Assembly: GCA_963768425.1 (NCBI GenBank)
Contig: CAVYHV010000006.1
Span: 1-64,000 of the forward strand
DNA: 64,000 nucleotides
From: Candidatus Bathyarchaeota archaeon
Lineage (GTDB): Archaea; Thermoproteota; Bathyarchaeia; Bathyarchaeales; Bathycorpusculaceae
Direction of reading: 5' to 3'
Below, piece by piece: positions 1 through 11,654 of the stretch (positions are counted from its first letter, which is position 1; each line of letters starts with the position of its first letter). The translations under genes and the position numbers were made by a program. The notes under the pieces are model-generated. The model did not search any database. It had not been told where the DNA came from and was given only the letters and a program-made list of their open reading frames with translations.

Positions 1-696
1 GAGAGAAAATTGCGTTGAATTGTGCTACTGGCAAATTAGTTTGGGAAATCAACGGTGCTTTCCAAAGAGACGTATCACCTATTGCAGACGGCGAACTGAT
101 GGGTTGGAACGGCTACGACGGACAGATATACGCATTCGGCATGGGACCAAGCAAAACCACCATCAGCGCACCCGAGGTTGGAATAACAACAGCAACACCA
201 ATCACCATAACTGGTTCAGTGACAGACATCTCTGCAGGCGCATCTCAAGCAGCAGTAGCAGCTAACTTCCCCAATGGCCTCCCATGCGTATCCCATGCAA
301 GCATGACGCAGTTCATGGAAGCAGTCTACAGCAGCAGCCAATGCCAAACGACCCCACCGGCGTACCAGTCACCCTATACGTTCTAGATTCCAACGACAAC
401 GACCGAACAATCGGCACAACTTCAACTGGCGCAAATGGCGTCTACGGCTTCGTTTGGAAACCTGACATGACAGGCAACTACACGGTAAACGCCACATTCC
501 CAGGTACACAATCATACTATGGCTCTTCTACTCCACAGCTTCTACCTGGCGCACCATGGCAGCATCGCACCGACATCGACACCACTTACTGGCTTAGCCT
601 CAAATAACACACTCATGTACGGATTCGTAGCGATAATCATCGTAATAGTCATCATCGGCGCAGTACAGCAATCTTCGTCACAAGAAAACACCATAA
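1..696 (+). CDS. C-terminal part of a large secreted PQQ-like beta-propeller surface protein with C-terminal TM anchor (5'-truncated by window edge, frameshifted)
   Basis: ORFs 15-386, 284-607 and 519-734 join into ...YDGQIYAFGMGPSKTTI...PMPNDPTGVPVTLYVLDSN...TM. Close paralog of 30375-33076. Confidence 0.8.
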
Positions 697-712
697 ACCA
701 AAGCGCAAAACA

Positions 713-736
713 AAAAATCCTTCCCCTTTTTTAGTC
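713..736 (+). terminator. Probable oligo-T terminator (AAAAATCCTTCCCCTTTTTTAGTC)
   Basis: Pyrimidine/T tract right after the stop codon. A nearly identical sequence follows the paralog on the minus strand at 30334-30357. Confidence 0.55.
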
Positions 737-941
737 ACCTAAAAAGCTGAGAAGAGATGAAGAGAAATGGCTGAGAAGGCTCTGGTTACATTCAAAATAG
801 CTGCAATTAAGAATTTGAAATTTTTCTTTATTCTCCTAAAGAAAAGAAATTTTCTTCCATAGTTTCCAGAGCCTCAGCAAACCCTAAAACTTAAGATACA
901 CTACCCCATCCTTTTGGAAACATGACTCATTTTAGTAAATT

Positions 942-981
942 TAGCGCTGGGAGGGGGATACTAACCAATTTACCAGTAAAA
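942..981 (-). repeat. att-like repeat 4: degenerate tRNA-Ser 3' end plus conserved arm
   Basis: tagcgctgggagggggat-actaaccaatttaccagtaaaa versus the tRNA end tggcgccgggagggggat (11217-11234); the arm is shared with 4526 and 8013. Confidence 0.8.
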
Positions 982-1078
982 TTTGTTATTGAAATAAGTG
1001 GACAGCCAGAAAGACGTGGAGCTCAGACCAAATAGTTAATCAATTGGTTTGAAGAGTGAGCTTTTGAGGTTGTAAAAA

Positions 1079-1674
1079 GTGCTTATAATTGGGCTAAGTG
1101 GAAGTCCTGAGTCGGCGGCAACACAGACATGATTTTGCAGGAAGCTTTGGCGGCTGCGAAAGCGGAGGGCGCAGAAGTAAAGCTGATTCGAATTTCTGAT
1201 TATCGTATTCAGCCCTGCAACGGTTGCATGGGCTGCTTTAGCGCTAAGAAATGTGTTATAGACGATGACGGTGAAAAACTTTACAAGATCATAATGGAGG
1301 CTGACGGGATACTATTGGGTAGTCCGTCGTATTTTCAAGGGGTCACCGCTCAAATGAAGATTTTTATCGATAGGATAGGTTTTCTCGCGTTGGCTAGAGG
1401 AAGAAAAGACTTTGCGGAGAAGGTGGGCGGCGTAATAGCTGTTGCTCGTCGGTCAGGCGTTTCGAACACCTGTGGCCAGATGATCACATTCTTAACTGCT
1501 GTAGGAATAGCTATCCCAAGCGGCGGACGAGCGTTCTCTATTGGAAGAGAGAAGGGAGACGTTGCCAAAGACCAGGAGGGCATAGATTCTGCGAGGCACT
1601 TGGGAAAAATGATAGTGCAGACTAAAGTTGCTTTAGATAACTCGAGAAAAAGCAACATTAGTTCATATCCCTGA
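1079..1674 (+). CDS. Flavodoxin-fold iron-sulfur flavoprotein / NADPH-dependent FMN reductase (frameshift near 1110)
   Basis: N-terminus VLIIGLSGSP...GGNT lies upstream of ORF 1129. Motifs PCNGCMGC...C and GSPSYF. Confidence 0.85.
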
Positions 1675-1874
1675 TGAAAATAACGATTCTTTCGTAGAGT
1701 TCATTCTAGCCACTGCCGAAATCTAATGATAATTGCTGGTTAGGCAATCACGACCAGACAAACTGTGTTAAAGGAAGCTCCGATAAGAATTCTTGCACTT
1801 ATTTCAAAATCATTGACAAATGATTCAAAATCACGCTTATTTGCTCTTAATGCCATCGATTATAGCTTCAAAAA

Positions 1875-1915
1875 TGGTGCGGGAAGGGGACACAGGCTCT
1901 AATTTAACAGTAAAA
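1875..1915 (-). repeat. att-like repeat 3 (most degenerate copy)
   Basis: tggtgcgggaagggga...ctaatttaacagtaaaa: a tRNA-3'-end-like core followed by the same aattta(a)cagtaaaa arm. Confidence 0.6.
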
Positions 1916-1927
1916 GGCTTTTGTCAA

Positions 1928-1949
1928 AGCTGGGGACGAGAATTGAGCC
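1928..1949 (-). repeat. Degenerate tRNA-Cys 3'-end fragment
   Basis: agctggggacgagaattgagcc matches the reverse complement of the tRNA-Cys 3' end (agctggggatgggaattgaacc, 27674-27695) with 3 mismatches in 22 nt. Confidence 0.6.
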
Positions 1950-2126
1950 TCCTATTTCGTGAACGTTACCCGCAAATCCATGGTTTTTAGGTGCGAGTTA
2001 TTTTTGATTCAATTTTCTGAATCCAAGTTTGCTTAACAATAAGCTTCGATTTCTCTTGTGCAATCTCGTATTTGCTCAAATTAGTATATCCTAAACTTTA
2101 AATTAGTCCCACTTCAATCAAGATAA

Positions 2127-4321
<2,195 letters not shown>

Positions 4322-4525
4322 CACATGATACACTAGCGATGACCAAATGGTAAGCCATCAGCCCAAAATCAGTTCGAGTCAGAATTTGAGTCCTCAATAA
4401 AGTGGAGACTTCGCCCGGGTTTCCCTTTTTTTTGTTTAAAAGAAGGTTTAGCGGACAGCATACCCGTTAAACGACAAGGGTTCTTTTGAGCATATTTTGT
4501 CGTAATAACTTCAACATGCCCTGAA

Positions 4526-4565
4526 TGGCGCCGGGGGAGGGATACTGTACCAATTTACAGTAAAA
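4526..4565 (-). repeat. att-like repeat 2: tRNA-Ser 3' end plus conserved arm
   Basis: tggcgccgggggagggat-actgtaccaatttacagtaaaa. Confidence 0.85.
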
Positions 4566-4669
4566 ATAGTTGTTGTGGCTTTGTTTTCTGCTTCCCAAAA
4601 GCTTTTAGTATATAGCAAGACATAATTAAATCAATATTTTGGCCCAAAATAGCAGTTGGTTACCCGACT

Positions 4670-6134
4670 ATGCGAAAGAAAAATAGAGTTGGGCGGAATT
4701 TTGTTGATAAATACCGCACTTACGTGGAAAACTCGCCTGTTGCTTTCTTCATTATTAATCCCGAAAGTAAATATGTCAAGGTAAATGATGCTGCTTGTAG
4801 ATTACTTGGTTATTCCAAAGAAGAACTTCTAGAAAAAACTGCCTCAAATCTTGTGTTTGAAGAGGATCTTACATTAGCGCGAAAACATCATTCAAAGTTA
4901 AAAGAAACTGGAAAGTCTGTTACAGAGTTTAGGCTAAAGAGAAAAGATGGGCAACCTGTACATGTTATTTTAAACGCAACACAATTACCAGATGGAAATT
5001 TAATGGCTTTCTGCGAAAACATAACTGAACGCAAGAAAGCTGAAGAAGCTCTTTGGGAAAGTGAGGTCAGATATGAGCAGCTTGTTGACAGGCTGCCTGA
5101 AATGGTTTTTGAAATCGACCTAACTGGGCATATTGCTTTTGCTAATATGAGGGCAGTTGAGCTTTTAGGTTATTCGAAGGATGAGCTTGAGGCTAATTTT
5201 GATGCTAATCGTCTTGTCGCTCCTGAGGATGTCTTGCGTTCAAGAGAAAATATGAGATTAATGTTTGCTAGAGGATTGCGCCAGAGTTATGAATACGTTT
5301 TTGTGAGAAAGAATGGAGAGCGTTTTCCTGTTTTATTGAATAGCGAGCCGATCATAAAAAACGACAAAATTGTTGGGGGTTAGGGGAATTGTGGTTGATA
5401 TAACTGAACGTAAGGATATGGAGAAGAGGCTTCAAGAACAAGAACGTTTGGCTGCTATAGGCACTACGGCAGGTATGGTTGGACATGATATTCGTAATCC
5501 CTTGCAAGCTATGACCGGCGATGTTTACTTAGCCAGGGCGGAATTAGTTCATACTCCTCAAAGTAAAGAGAGAAAAAATGCGTTAGAGAATTTGCAAGAG
5601 ATTGAAAAGAGCATTGATTATATCAACAAGATTGTCGCTGACCTCCAAGATTTTGCTAGAGCTATTTGCCCAGTCGGCAAGGAAACAGACTTAGTTCGCC
5701 TTTTCAAAGAAATTCTACTGAAAAGCAATTTACCAGACAGCATCAAGGTTTTTTGCAAAGTAGACAAAGATGCCAAACGTGCTTTTGTTGACCCAGAGTT
5801 GCTAAAACGAGTTTTAAGTAATTTGGTGCTAAACGCTGTTCAAGCCATGCCTGAGAGCGGAGAACTTTCCGTTAGTGCTTTCATCAAAGGTGAAGGCTTT
5901 GTTATTGAAGTTAAAGACACAGGTGTGGGAATACCTGAAGATGTTAAAGCTAAAATATTTACGCCTATGTTCACGACAAAATCCAAGGGTCAGGGACTCG
6001 GATTGGCAGTTGTGAAACGGTTAACTGAAGCGATGAATGGAACTGTGGCTTTTGAGAGTGAACAAGGTAAAGGAACCAAATTCATTGTACGCTTGCCAAA
6101 CAAGGAGCCAGATGGTAAATTGGTTCACAAGTAA
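4670..6134 (+). CDS. PAS-PAS sensor histidine kinase (frameshift in G-run near 5375)
   Basis: Two PAS domains, H-box GHDIRNPL, N-box NLVLNAVQA, DTGVGI, FTTK, GQGLGL. Confidence 0.92.
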
Positions 6135-6248
6135 ACATAGATTTTTTTGAGAAAACAATACCTGCGGTGCGGAAATTGGCGAGGGAGCCATAGCTCCGAA
6201 CTATTCTGAATCCAAACAACCGCAACCAGGACATTTCTATACAGGGTT

Positions 6249-7616
6249 CTACTTTTTGAGTTGAACACCCTGGCGCCACACAGCGCGGATGGACAGCGTG
6301 TCGGAGATGTTCGTCGTTGGGTCCCCATCGACCAGCAGCAGGTCGGCACGAGCCCCTGGAGCGACTCGGCCTCGGTCGGTGAGGGCGAACCGGCGCGCAG
6401 GGGTGGATGTCGCTGCCTGCAGTGCTTCGACCGGGGTCAATCCAGCCGCGACCAGGAGTTGCAGTTCTTGGTGCAAACTGGCGCCGTGGGCGAGTCCCCC
6501 GAGGCTGGGAATAGGCTCCGACACATCACAACCTGCCAGAATATCCACACCCGCCTTGTGGAGGGCCATGACGCCGGCATAAGCATCTTCAAGCTTTCCT
6601 TCGGGGTAGACGTTCATGCTGCGGGAGAGCGAGTCGAGCCACTTCTGGCTCAGCCTGGAACTTACTCGTTTGTCGGCGGCCAGCGCGGATGCGTTATTGC
6701 CAACGGCAGAGGAGATTGTCACCAGGGTGGGGATAACAAACGCGCCGGAGGATGCAGTGGCATCCACAAATTTGGGGGTAGGCTGACTATCAAAGAACAA
6801 GTGTGCCAGCCCATCTACTCCAGCCGCAATAGCTCGCCTGCCTCCTTCAGCGGTCGTCACGTGGGCGATGGCCATCTTACCATTACGATGAGCTTCTTTT
6901 ACGGCTGCATTGAGGGTTTCATCATTCAGTACAGGAAGTCCGGGGAAACCGATACAGGTTCCGTCCTCTATAAAGATTTTAATGTAGTCGGCTCCTTGGG
7001 CGATCTGTTTGTCTACGAATTTGACCGCCTCGTCAGGGGTCGAGACAGTCGGATAACGGAAGAATAAGCGTATAAGTAAGTTGTTGCTTGAACTCATATA
7101 TTCAGTTGGATGACCTCCTGGAGGAGTGAGGCCCATCCCAGGGGAGCGCAAATCAGCGATATCGCTCCGTTCAGCGATTTTTTTACGCATCCTCGGTGTC
7201 CAATGACCGTTCATCTCCAGCTCTGTGGTGACACCAAACAACAGCGCGTCCCGCAAGCCGTCCAGGTCGGTATGCACATGGGAGTCAATCAAGCCGGGCA
7301 TCAGGGTTGCGCCGTGACCATCGATGACAGTTGCCCCGGCTGGTACCTCGCCACCCACCGCCTGTATATATGCCCCTTTGATCACCACAGTCGTGTCGTC
7401 GATGACACGGTCACCGTCGAAGATCCTCGCGTTGGTTATGGCTGTAATCCGATCTTGTAAGAGTACTGGCTTATTTCTGCCACCCCTCAAAACTCCAACA
7501 GCAAGAGTCCCGGCAACAATGGCCGTTACCGTTTTCAGGAAGGTCTTTTTGGACATTTCACGCTCGTGATTATGCTTGTTTTCATAAATGCATTTTTCAC
7601 ATTTCATAGCAGTCAC
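6249..7616 (-). CDS. Metal-dependent amidohydrolase family protein
   Basis: Motifs LMPGLIDSHVH, GADYIKI, AHV, GLAH, GCD, GRVAPGARADLLLVDGDP. Visibly GC-richer than its flanks. Confidence 0.92.
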   Translation of the reverse strand: MTAMKCEKCIYENKHNHEREMSKKTFLKTVTAIVAGTLAVGVLRGGRNKPVLLQDRITAITNARIFDGDRVIDDTTVVIKGAYIQAVGGEVPAGATVIDGHGATLMPGLIDSHVHTDLDGLRDALLFGVTTELEMNGHWTPRMRKKIAERSDIADLRSPGMGLTPPGGHPTEYMSSSNNLLIRLFFRYPTVSTPDEAVKFVDKQIAQGADYIKIFIEDGTCIGFPGLPVLNDETLNAAVKEAHRNGKMAIAHVTTAEGGRRAIAAGVDGLAHLFFDSQPTPKFVDATASSGAFVIPTLVTISSAVGNNASALAADKRVSSRLSQKWLDSLSRSMNVYPEGKLEDAYAGVMALHKAGVDILAGCDVSEPIPSLGGLAHGASLHQELQLLVAAGLTPVEALQAATSTPARRFALTDRGRVAPGARADLLLVDGDPTTNISDTLSIRAVWRQGVQLKK

Positions 7617-7708
7617 GTCGCATATTCCTTCTTATCGTTGTAGTCGAATACAGTCACTTTCTTATAAAAGTACGATGGGGAGATAAAATGGGGCATGGGT
7701 GGGTTTTG

Positions 7709-7733
7709 TGGTGGGCTGCTGGGATTTGAACCC
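7709..7733 (-). repeat. Isolated tRNA 3'-half fragment (T-arm to CCA) of a tRNA not present in this window
   Basis: Minus strand reads gggttcaaatcccagcagcccacca; no D or anticodon arm upstream. Confidence 0.7.
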
Positions 7734-7972
7734 TTGTCTGACTCGATTGTACTGTCATCTTTTTGCAACAAACAATATAACAAGAAATTTCAATGGGGAT
7801 GGAAGTTTGAGTTGAAGTGCGATTCCCTTCCCGTTTAGGGTTCAAATAAGTAGCTTGCATAAAAATTACCTATGATTCCTCTAATTACCGATGAACTGAT
7901 CGTCATCCTGTTTTTTCAAGAGTTCAAATGACGTAAATCTCTAATCTAAATAAACTTTAACTATATAGATTT

Positions 7973-8054
7973 TAGACAAAATAAGCTCAAAAGCGACCCA
8001 AACTCCAGTAAATGGCGCCGGGAGGGGGGGATACTAGTACCAATTTACCTGAAA
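7973..8054 (-). repeat. att-like repeat 1: left arm + tRNA-Ser 3' end + right arm
   Basis: tagacaaaataagctcaaaa (7973-7992) matches tagtcaaaataagctcaaaa (11178-11197). Core tggcgccgggagggggggat at 8013; arm actagtaccaatttacc. Confidence 0.9.
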
Positions 8055-8173
8055 GGCACTGAGCAGTTATCTTTCTAAAATTGAATATTTTGCTTTTTTA
8101 ACTGAACATGTTATGAGGGAACCGTCAAAGAGTCAACGGTACGCTTTTGCCAAAAGTTCTGGTTATCCGTTCT

Positions 8174-9913
8174 CTATTGCTTTTTTTCATGAAGGGCTTG
8201 CTGGTCGAGATAGTACTTTCCGTTGACTTCTACAAAGATTTTCAGTTTTTCTCTTCGTCTTTTTATGAGTCTTACGAATATTCGGGACAAGCCAAGTTCG
8301 TCAGCTGTTAGGGCTGTTTCGGGGCTGATAGCTCCTTTCTGTTTAAACGTCTGTATAGTCTGATCGATTTTTTCGTCTCTCCAGCCCTGCGGCTCGGTTG
8401 TTTCTTGTTGAGTGGGGTCAGGAGGTGTTGGAGCGATGATAGGTTCAGATTGCATTGGTGTTTGGGTTTGTAGTGTTTCTTTAGTTACAAGGTCAGATGC
8501 TTTGGCTTCATAGTCAGTGCCATTTCTACTGCTATCTTCTTTGGGTTCTCCTGAAGGAGTTTGGTTTAGTTTTATGACGACTTCAGTTTTGTTTTTCACA
8601 GAAATGGACATTGGCAATGAAGCAATGTAACCTGTTGCACTGGCTTTAATTGAGTAATCACCATCTTTGAAATCGCCAAAAACAATTTGCCCTTTGCTAT
8701 TAGTGATGCCTGATAAGATTTGTTGGCCGCTCGCAAAGACGTTTGCTCCAGAAATCGTCGATTGTGTTTGCGAATTTTTCACTGTTACTGTGAATTTGCG
8801 TTGGCGACTGTACCATACAAGGATTAGGAGAAGTAACACTATAATGATGATTATGATTATAATTATCCAGGTCCAGTTAAATGAGCCCGCACCTGAACCT
8901 GTAGTAGTTGTGCTAGAAGGACCAGATATGACCGAAACGTCGTTGCTTACGCCATTAGTAACGTATATCGCTTTGTTGCCAGAATCGTAAGTTCCTACCC
9001 AGGGTGAATTTCCAACGGTTATGGTTTCAAGAACTTTGTTTGTGCTGTCAGATATAACTGCAACTTCGTTGCTTTGATGAAGGGCTACGAATACTTCGCC
9101 TCGGGCAGAATCGTAAATTAACCCTTCAACTTGAACTTCGTCGCTCAAGTCCGAAATAGTAGCAACAACCGTGTAGGTGCTATCCGAAATAACCGTGACA
9201 ACTGCTCCATATGAACCCACACCAGTAGATACGAATATCTCACTTTTCCCAGAATCATAGGCCAAGAATGAAGGATAACCAGGCAGGCTCACGGTTGCAA
9301 CTACTGTATTGGTGCTGTCAGATATTACTGAAAGAGAGTAGTTCTTTGAGTCAGTTTCAAAATTGACTACGAATATCTTGCTCTTGCCAGAATCGTAGGC
9401 AATGCTAAAAGGTTCGACTCCTACGGGTATTGTTCCTACCACAGTATTTGTGCTATCTGAAATTACTGAGACGGTGCCGTCGTACTGATTAGTTACAAAT
9501 AATTCGCTCTTTGCGGAATCGTAAGCTATATTGTAGGGGGATTCTCCAACGGGTATGGTAGCAACTACGGCGTTGGTGCTATCCGAAATAACCGAGACAC
9601 TGTTACTATACAAATTGACTACGAATATCTCACCCAATCGAGAGTCATAAGCTACACCGTATGGGTAGCCTCCAACAGGTATAGTTGCAACTACGGTGTT
9701 AGTCCTGTCTGATATAACAGAGGTAGTATTTTCTTGACCATTGGTTACGAATATCTCGCCTTTGGCAGAGTCATAAGCTGCGCCTGAAGGAGCCTTTCCG
9801 ACCGGAATCGTTGCGGTTACACCTAAGGCATGAACATTGTTAACTGCTGACAACACAAAAAATAAAATGAATAACAATACTAGTGGCTTCCAAACTTCAA
9901 CTTTAATAGACAT
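8174..9913 (-). CDS. YVTN/YncE-type beta-propeller membrane protein (signal peptide, ~7 repeats, Ile-rich TM, Ig-like and C-terminal domains)
   Basis: Repeated AYDS.KGEIFVTN...VSVISDSTNTVVATIPVG units; WIIIIIIIIIVLLLLILVW transmembrane helix. Confidence 0.88.
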   Translation of the reverse strand: MSIKVEVWKPLVLLFILFFVLSAVNNVHALGVTATIPVGKAPSGAAYDSAKGEIFVTNGQENTTSVISDRTNTVVATIPVGGYPYGVAYDSRLGEIFVVNLYSNSVSVISDSTNAVVATIPVGESPYNIAYDSAKSELFVTNQYDGTVSVISDSTNTVVGTIPVGVEPFSIAYDSGKSKIFVVNFETDSKNYSLSVISDSTNTVVATVSLPGYPSFLAYDSGKSEIFVSTGVGSYGAVVTVISDSTYTVVATISDLSDEVQVEGLIYDSARGEVFVALHQSNEVAVISDSTNKVLETITVGNSPWVGTYDSGNKAIYVTNGVSNDVSVISGPSSTTTTGSGAGSFNWTWIIIIIIIIIVLLLLILVWYSRQRKFTVTVKNSQTQSTISGANVFASGQQILSGITNSKGQIVFGDFKDGDYSIKASATGYIASLPMSISVKNKTEVVIKLNQTPSGEPKEDSSRNGTDYEAKASDLVTKETLQTQTPMQSEPIIAPTPPDPTQQETTEPQGWRDEKIDQTIQTFKQKGAISPETALTADELGLSRIFVRLIKRRREKLKIFVEVNGKYYLDQQALHEKKQ

Positions 9914-10351
9914 CCTTCAGCCTTTCCTTCAAAGCGGTTATCTCTAAAAAAGATTTAAGGTTTGCGTTTGCTTGTTTGGGGTACTAGTCAGTGAGAACAT
10001 TCTATATGGCCACAAGTACAAGATGACAGCTGCCGTCAACTAATTATCTCAGCGATAAAAATCAAAGGTCAAAATCGGGATCTAACAACTTGCAGTCTGA
10101 TGAATTAGGCACCAAGCTGAGTAACGAAGACTGAACCGAGATAATTGAGTAGGTTGCTGAGGCTCCGGAATCAAAACTGTTAGGAGAAGAAATCAAAGAG
10201 CAAATCAGTAACCTTAATCCTGAGCCTGTTCAAACCAACCGAAATCTCATTTAGCAGTATTTAGGCGGGATAAATATAATTGAGCGCCCGTAATTTTATT
10301 GCACACCGAAGTTGTGAAAACTTAAATCATACATTGCGTCTTACGTTAAAT

Positions 10352-10576
10352 ATGACAATGAAGACGGTAAGCGTAAGAATATCCGAAGAAGAAAAGCGCC
10401 AATTAAAAAAGTATGGCAGATTATCAGACACCCTAAGGGAAGGCATGAAACTCTACCTGAACAAAAAGAAATCCGACGAGTTGCTATGCAAACTGGAAAA
10501 AATGCAATCTGAAAGCAAAATTAAAACCTCAATTGAGGAAGAAATCAAGCTGATTCGAGAGGATAGAGAACGCTGA
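10352..10576 (+). CDS. Putative RHH/CopG-like VapB antitoxin
   Basis: MKTVSVRISEEEK...LIREDRER; its stop overlaps the start of the PIN gene. Confidence 0.8.
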   Translation: MTMKTVSVRISEEEKRQLKKYGRLSDTLREGMKLYLNKKKSDELLCKLEKMQSESKIKTSIEEEIKLIREDRER

Positions 10577-10950
10577 TAGTTGCCGACAGCAGCTTCATAG
10601 TTGAAGGTCTCCTTAAGAATAAAGAATTACTTGCCAATGACCAGATTGTGGCTCCTGATTTAGTTGTCTACGAAGTTACAAATGCCATTTGGAAGCATGA
10701 ACATCTTTTGAAGGACTTAGAAAACGGTAAACTATACGTATCAATTTTCTACGGTCTATTGGAAGCTGGGAAAATAGAGATCCTAACTCCAAACGAAGAG
10801 TTGATGCAGAAATCATGTTTGATTGCAAAACGGCAAGGAATTACAATATACGATGCAGTTTTCGTTTCGCTGGCAATTAAATTAGGCCTGCTCTTAAAAA
10901 GTTACGACAGAATTCAAATTCGAGCTTTGGAATCTGAGAATAGCCGCTGA
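10573..10950 (+). CDS. vapC: PIN-domain VapC toxin
   Basis: The ORF extends upstream to (L)IVADSSF; motifs YEVTNAIWK, TIYDA, SYD. The apparent start is CTG overlapping the antitoxin TGA. Confidence 0.85.
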   Translation: MIVADSSFIVEGLLKNKELLANDQIVAPDLVVYEVTNAIWKHEHLLKDLENGKLYVSIFYGLLEAGKIEILTPNEELMQKSCLIAKRQGITIYDAVFVSLAIKLGLLLKSYDRIQIRALESENSR

Positions 10951-11216
10951 AAACTTGGCGCAGCAGCGCGCTAAGCGTGGACGGCATATTAAAAGTCTCA
11001 GAATCGGGAAACTGAATAGTTAGCGACATTCAGAAAACGAATTTGTTGTAACCGAAAAAAACTACTTTAGTTGATCAAAAGAAGAATTAGGTAAAGAGAT
11101 CGGGCGCTATATCTGTTTAAGAAGCAAAGAGAGAGTAAGTCTCTTGAACCATTGAAGAAATAGGTCAAATTATTGTCTAGTCAAAATAAGCTCAAAAAAC
11201 ACTCTAATTTGAAAAA

Positions 11217-11330
11217 TGGCGCCGGGAGGGGGATTTGAACCCCCGCGGCCCCAGAGGCCACAAGCTGCTTGGTGTTTGCATTTGGCAAGCATCTCCAGGC
11301 TTGCTCCCTGCCTGGCTAGGATACCCCGGC
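11217..11330 (-). tRNA. tRNA-Ser(GGA) with 26-nt intron at 37/38 (11267-11292); CCA encoded
   Basis: GCCGGGG/CCCGGC acceptor, CAAGC-CTGGAG^A-GCTTG anticodon arm, long variable arm, GGTTCAAATCC, BHB-type splice structure. Confidence 0.93.
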
Positions 11331-11654
11331 AATCGAAATCGACGTTGTTATACGCTTATTTGCAACCTTTCTCTGAGTCAAGCGGAATTTAAAGTTTTAT
11401 GAAGTCGAGAAAGCTCCAATTTTGGTAACCGGAAAAATCTCTCATGCGATGTTTATGTACGCGGGTCAAAAAAAAGGCCAAAACACAGACGCAATTTTTT
11501 CAGCAAAAAACAGCGGCGCCATCCTGCTTATGTGAAAAAACATTTTAAGCCAAGCATTGCTTACTAGATAATGAGCAAACAAGTTGCATTGGACAAGGTT
11601 TTTATTAGCGTTTGAAACTTAAACTTCCGCCGTTAAGTTAAAGGATGATTCAAG

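Noticed and set aside
4403-4419. tRNA-end-like tggagacttcgcccggg after katG
   Set aside because: No T-loop sequence; better explained as part of the terminator region before the T tract.
6261-7067. 268-aa plus-strand ORF and other long antisense ORFs (e.g. 48319-49074, 23467-24084, 61233-61793)
   Set aside because: They are shadows of well-supported genes on the opposite strand and have no motifs.
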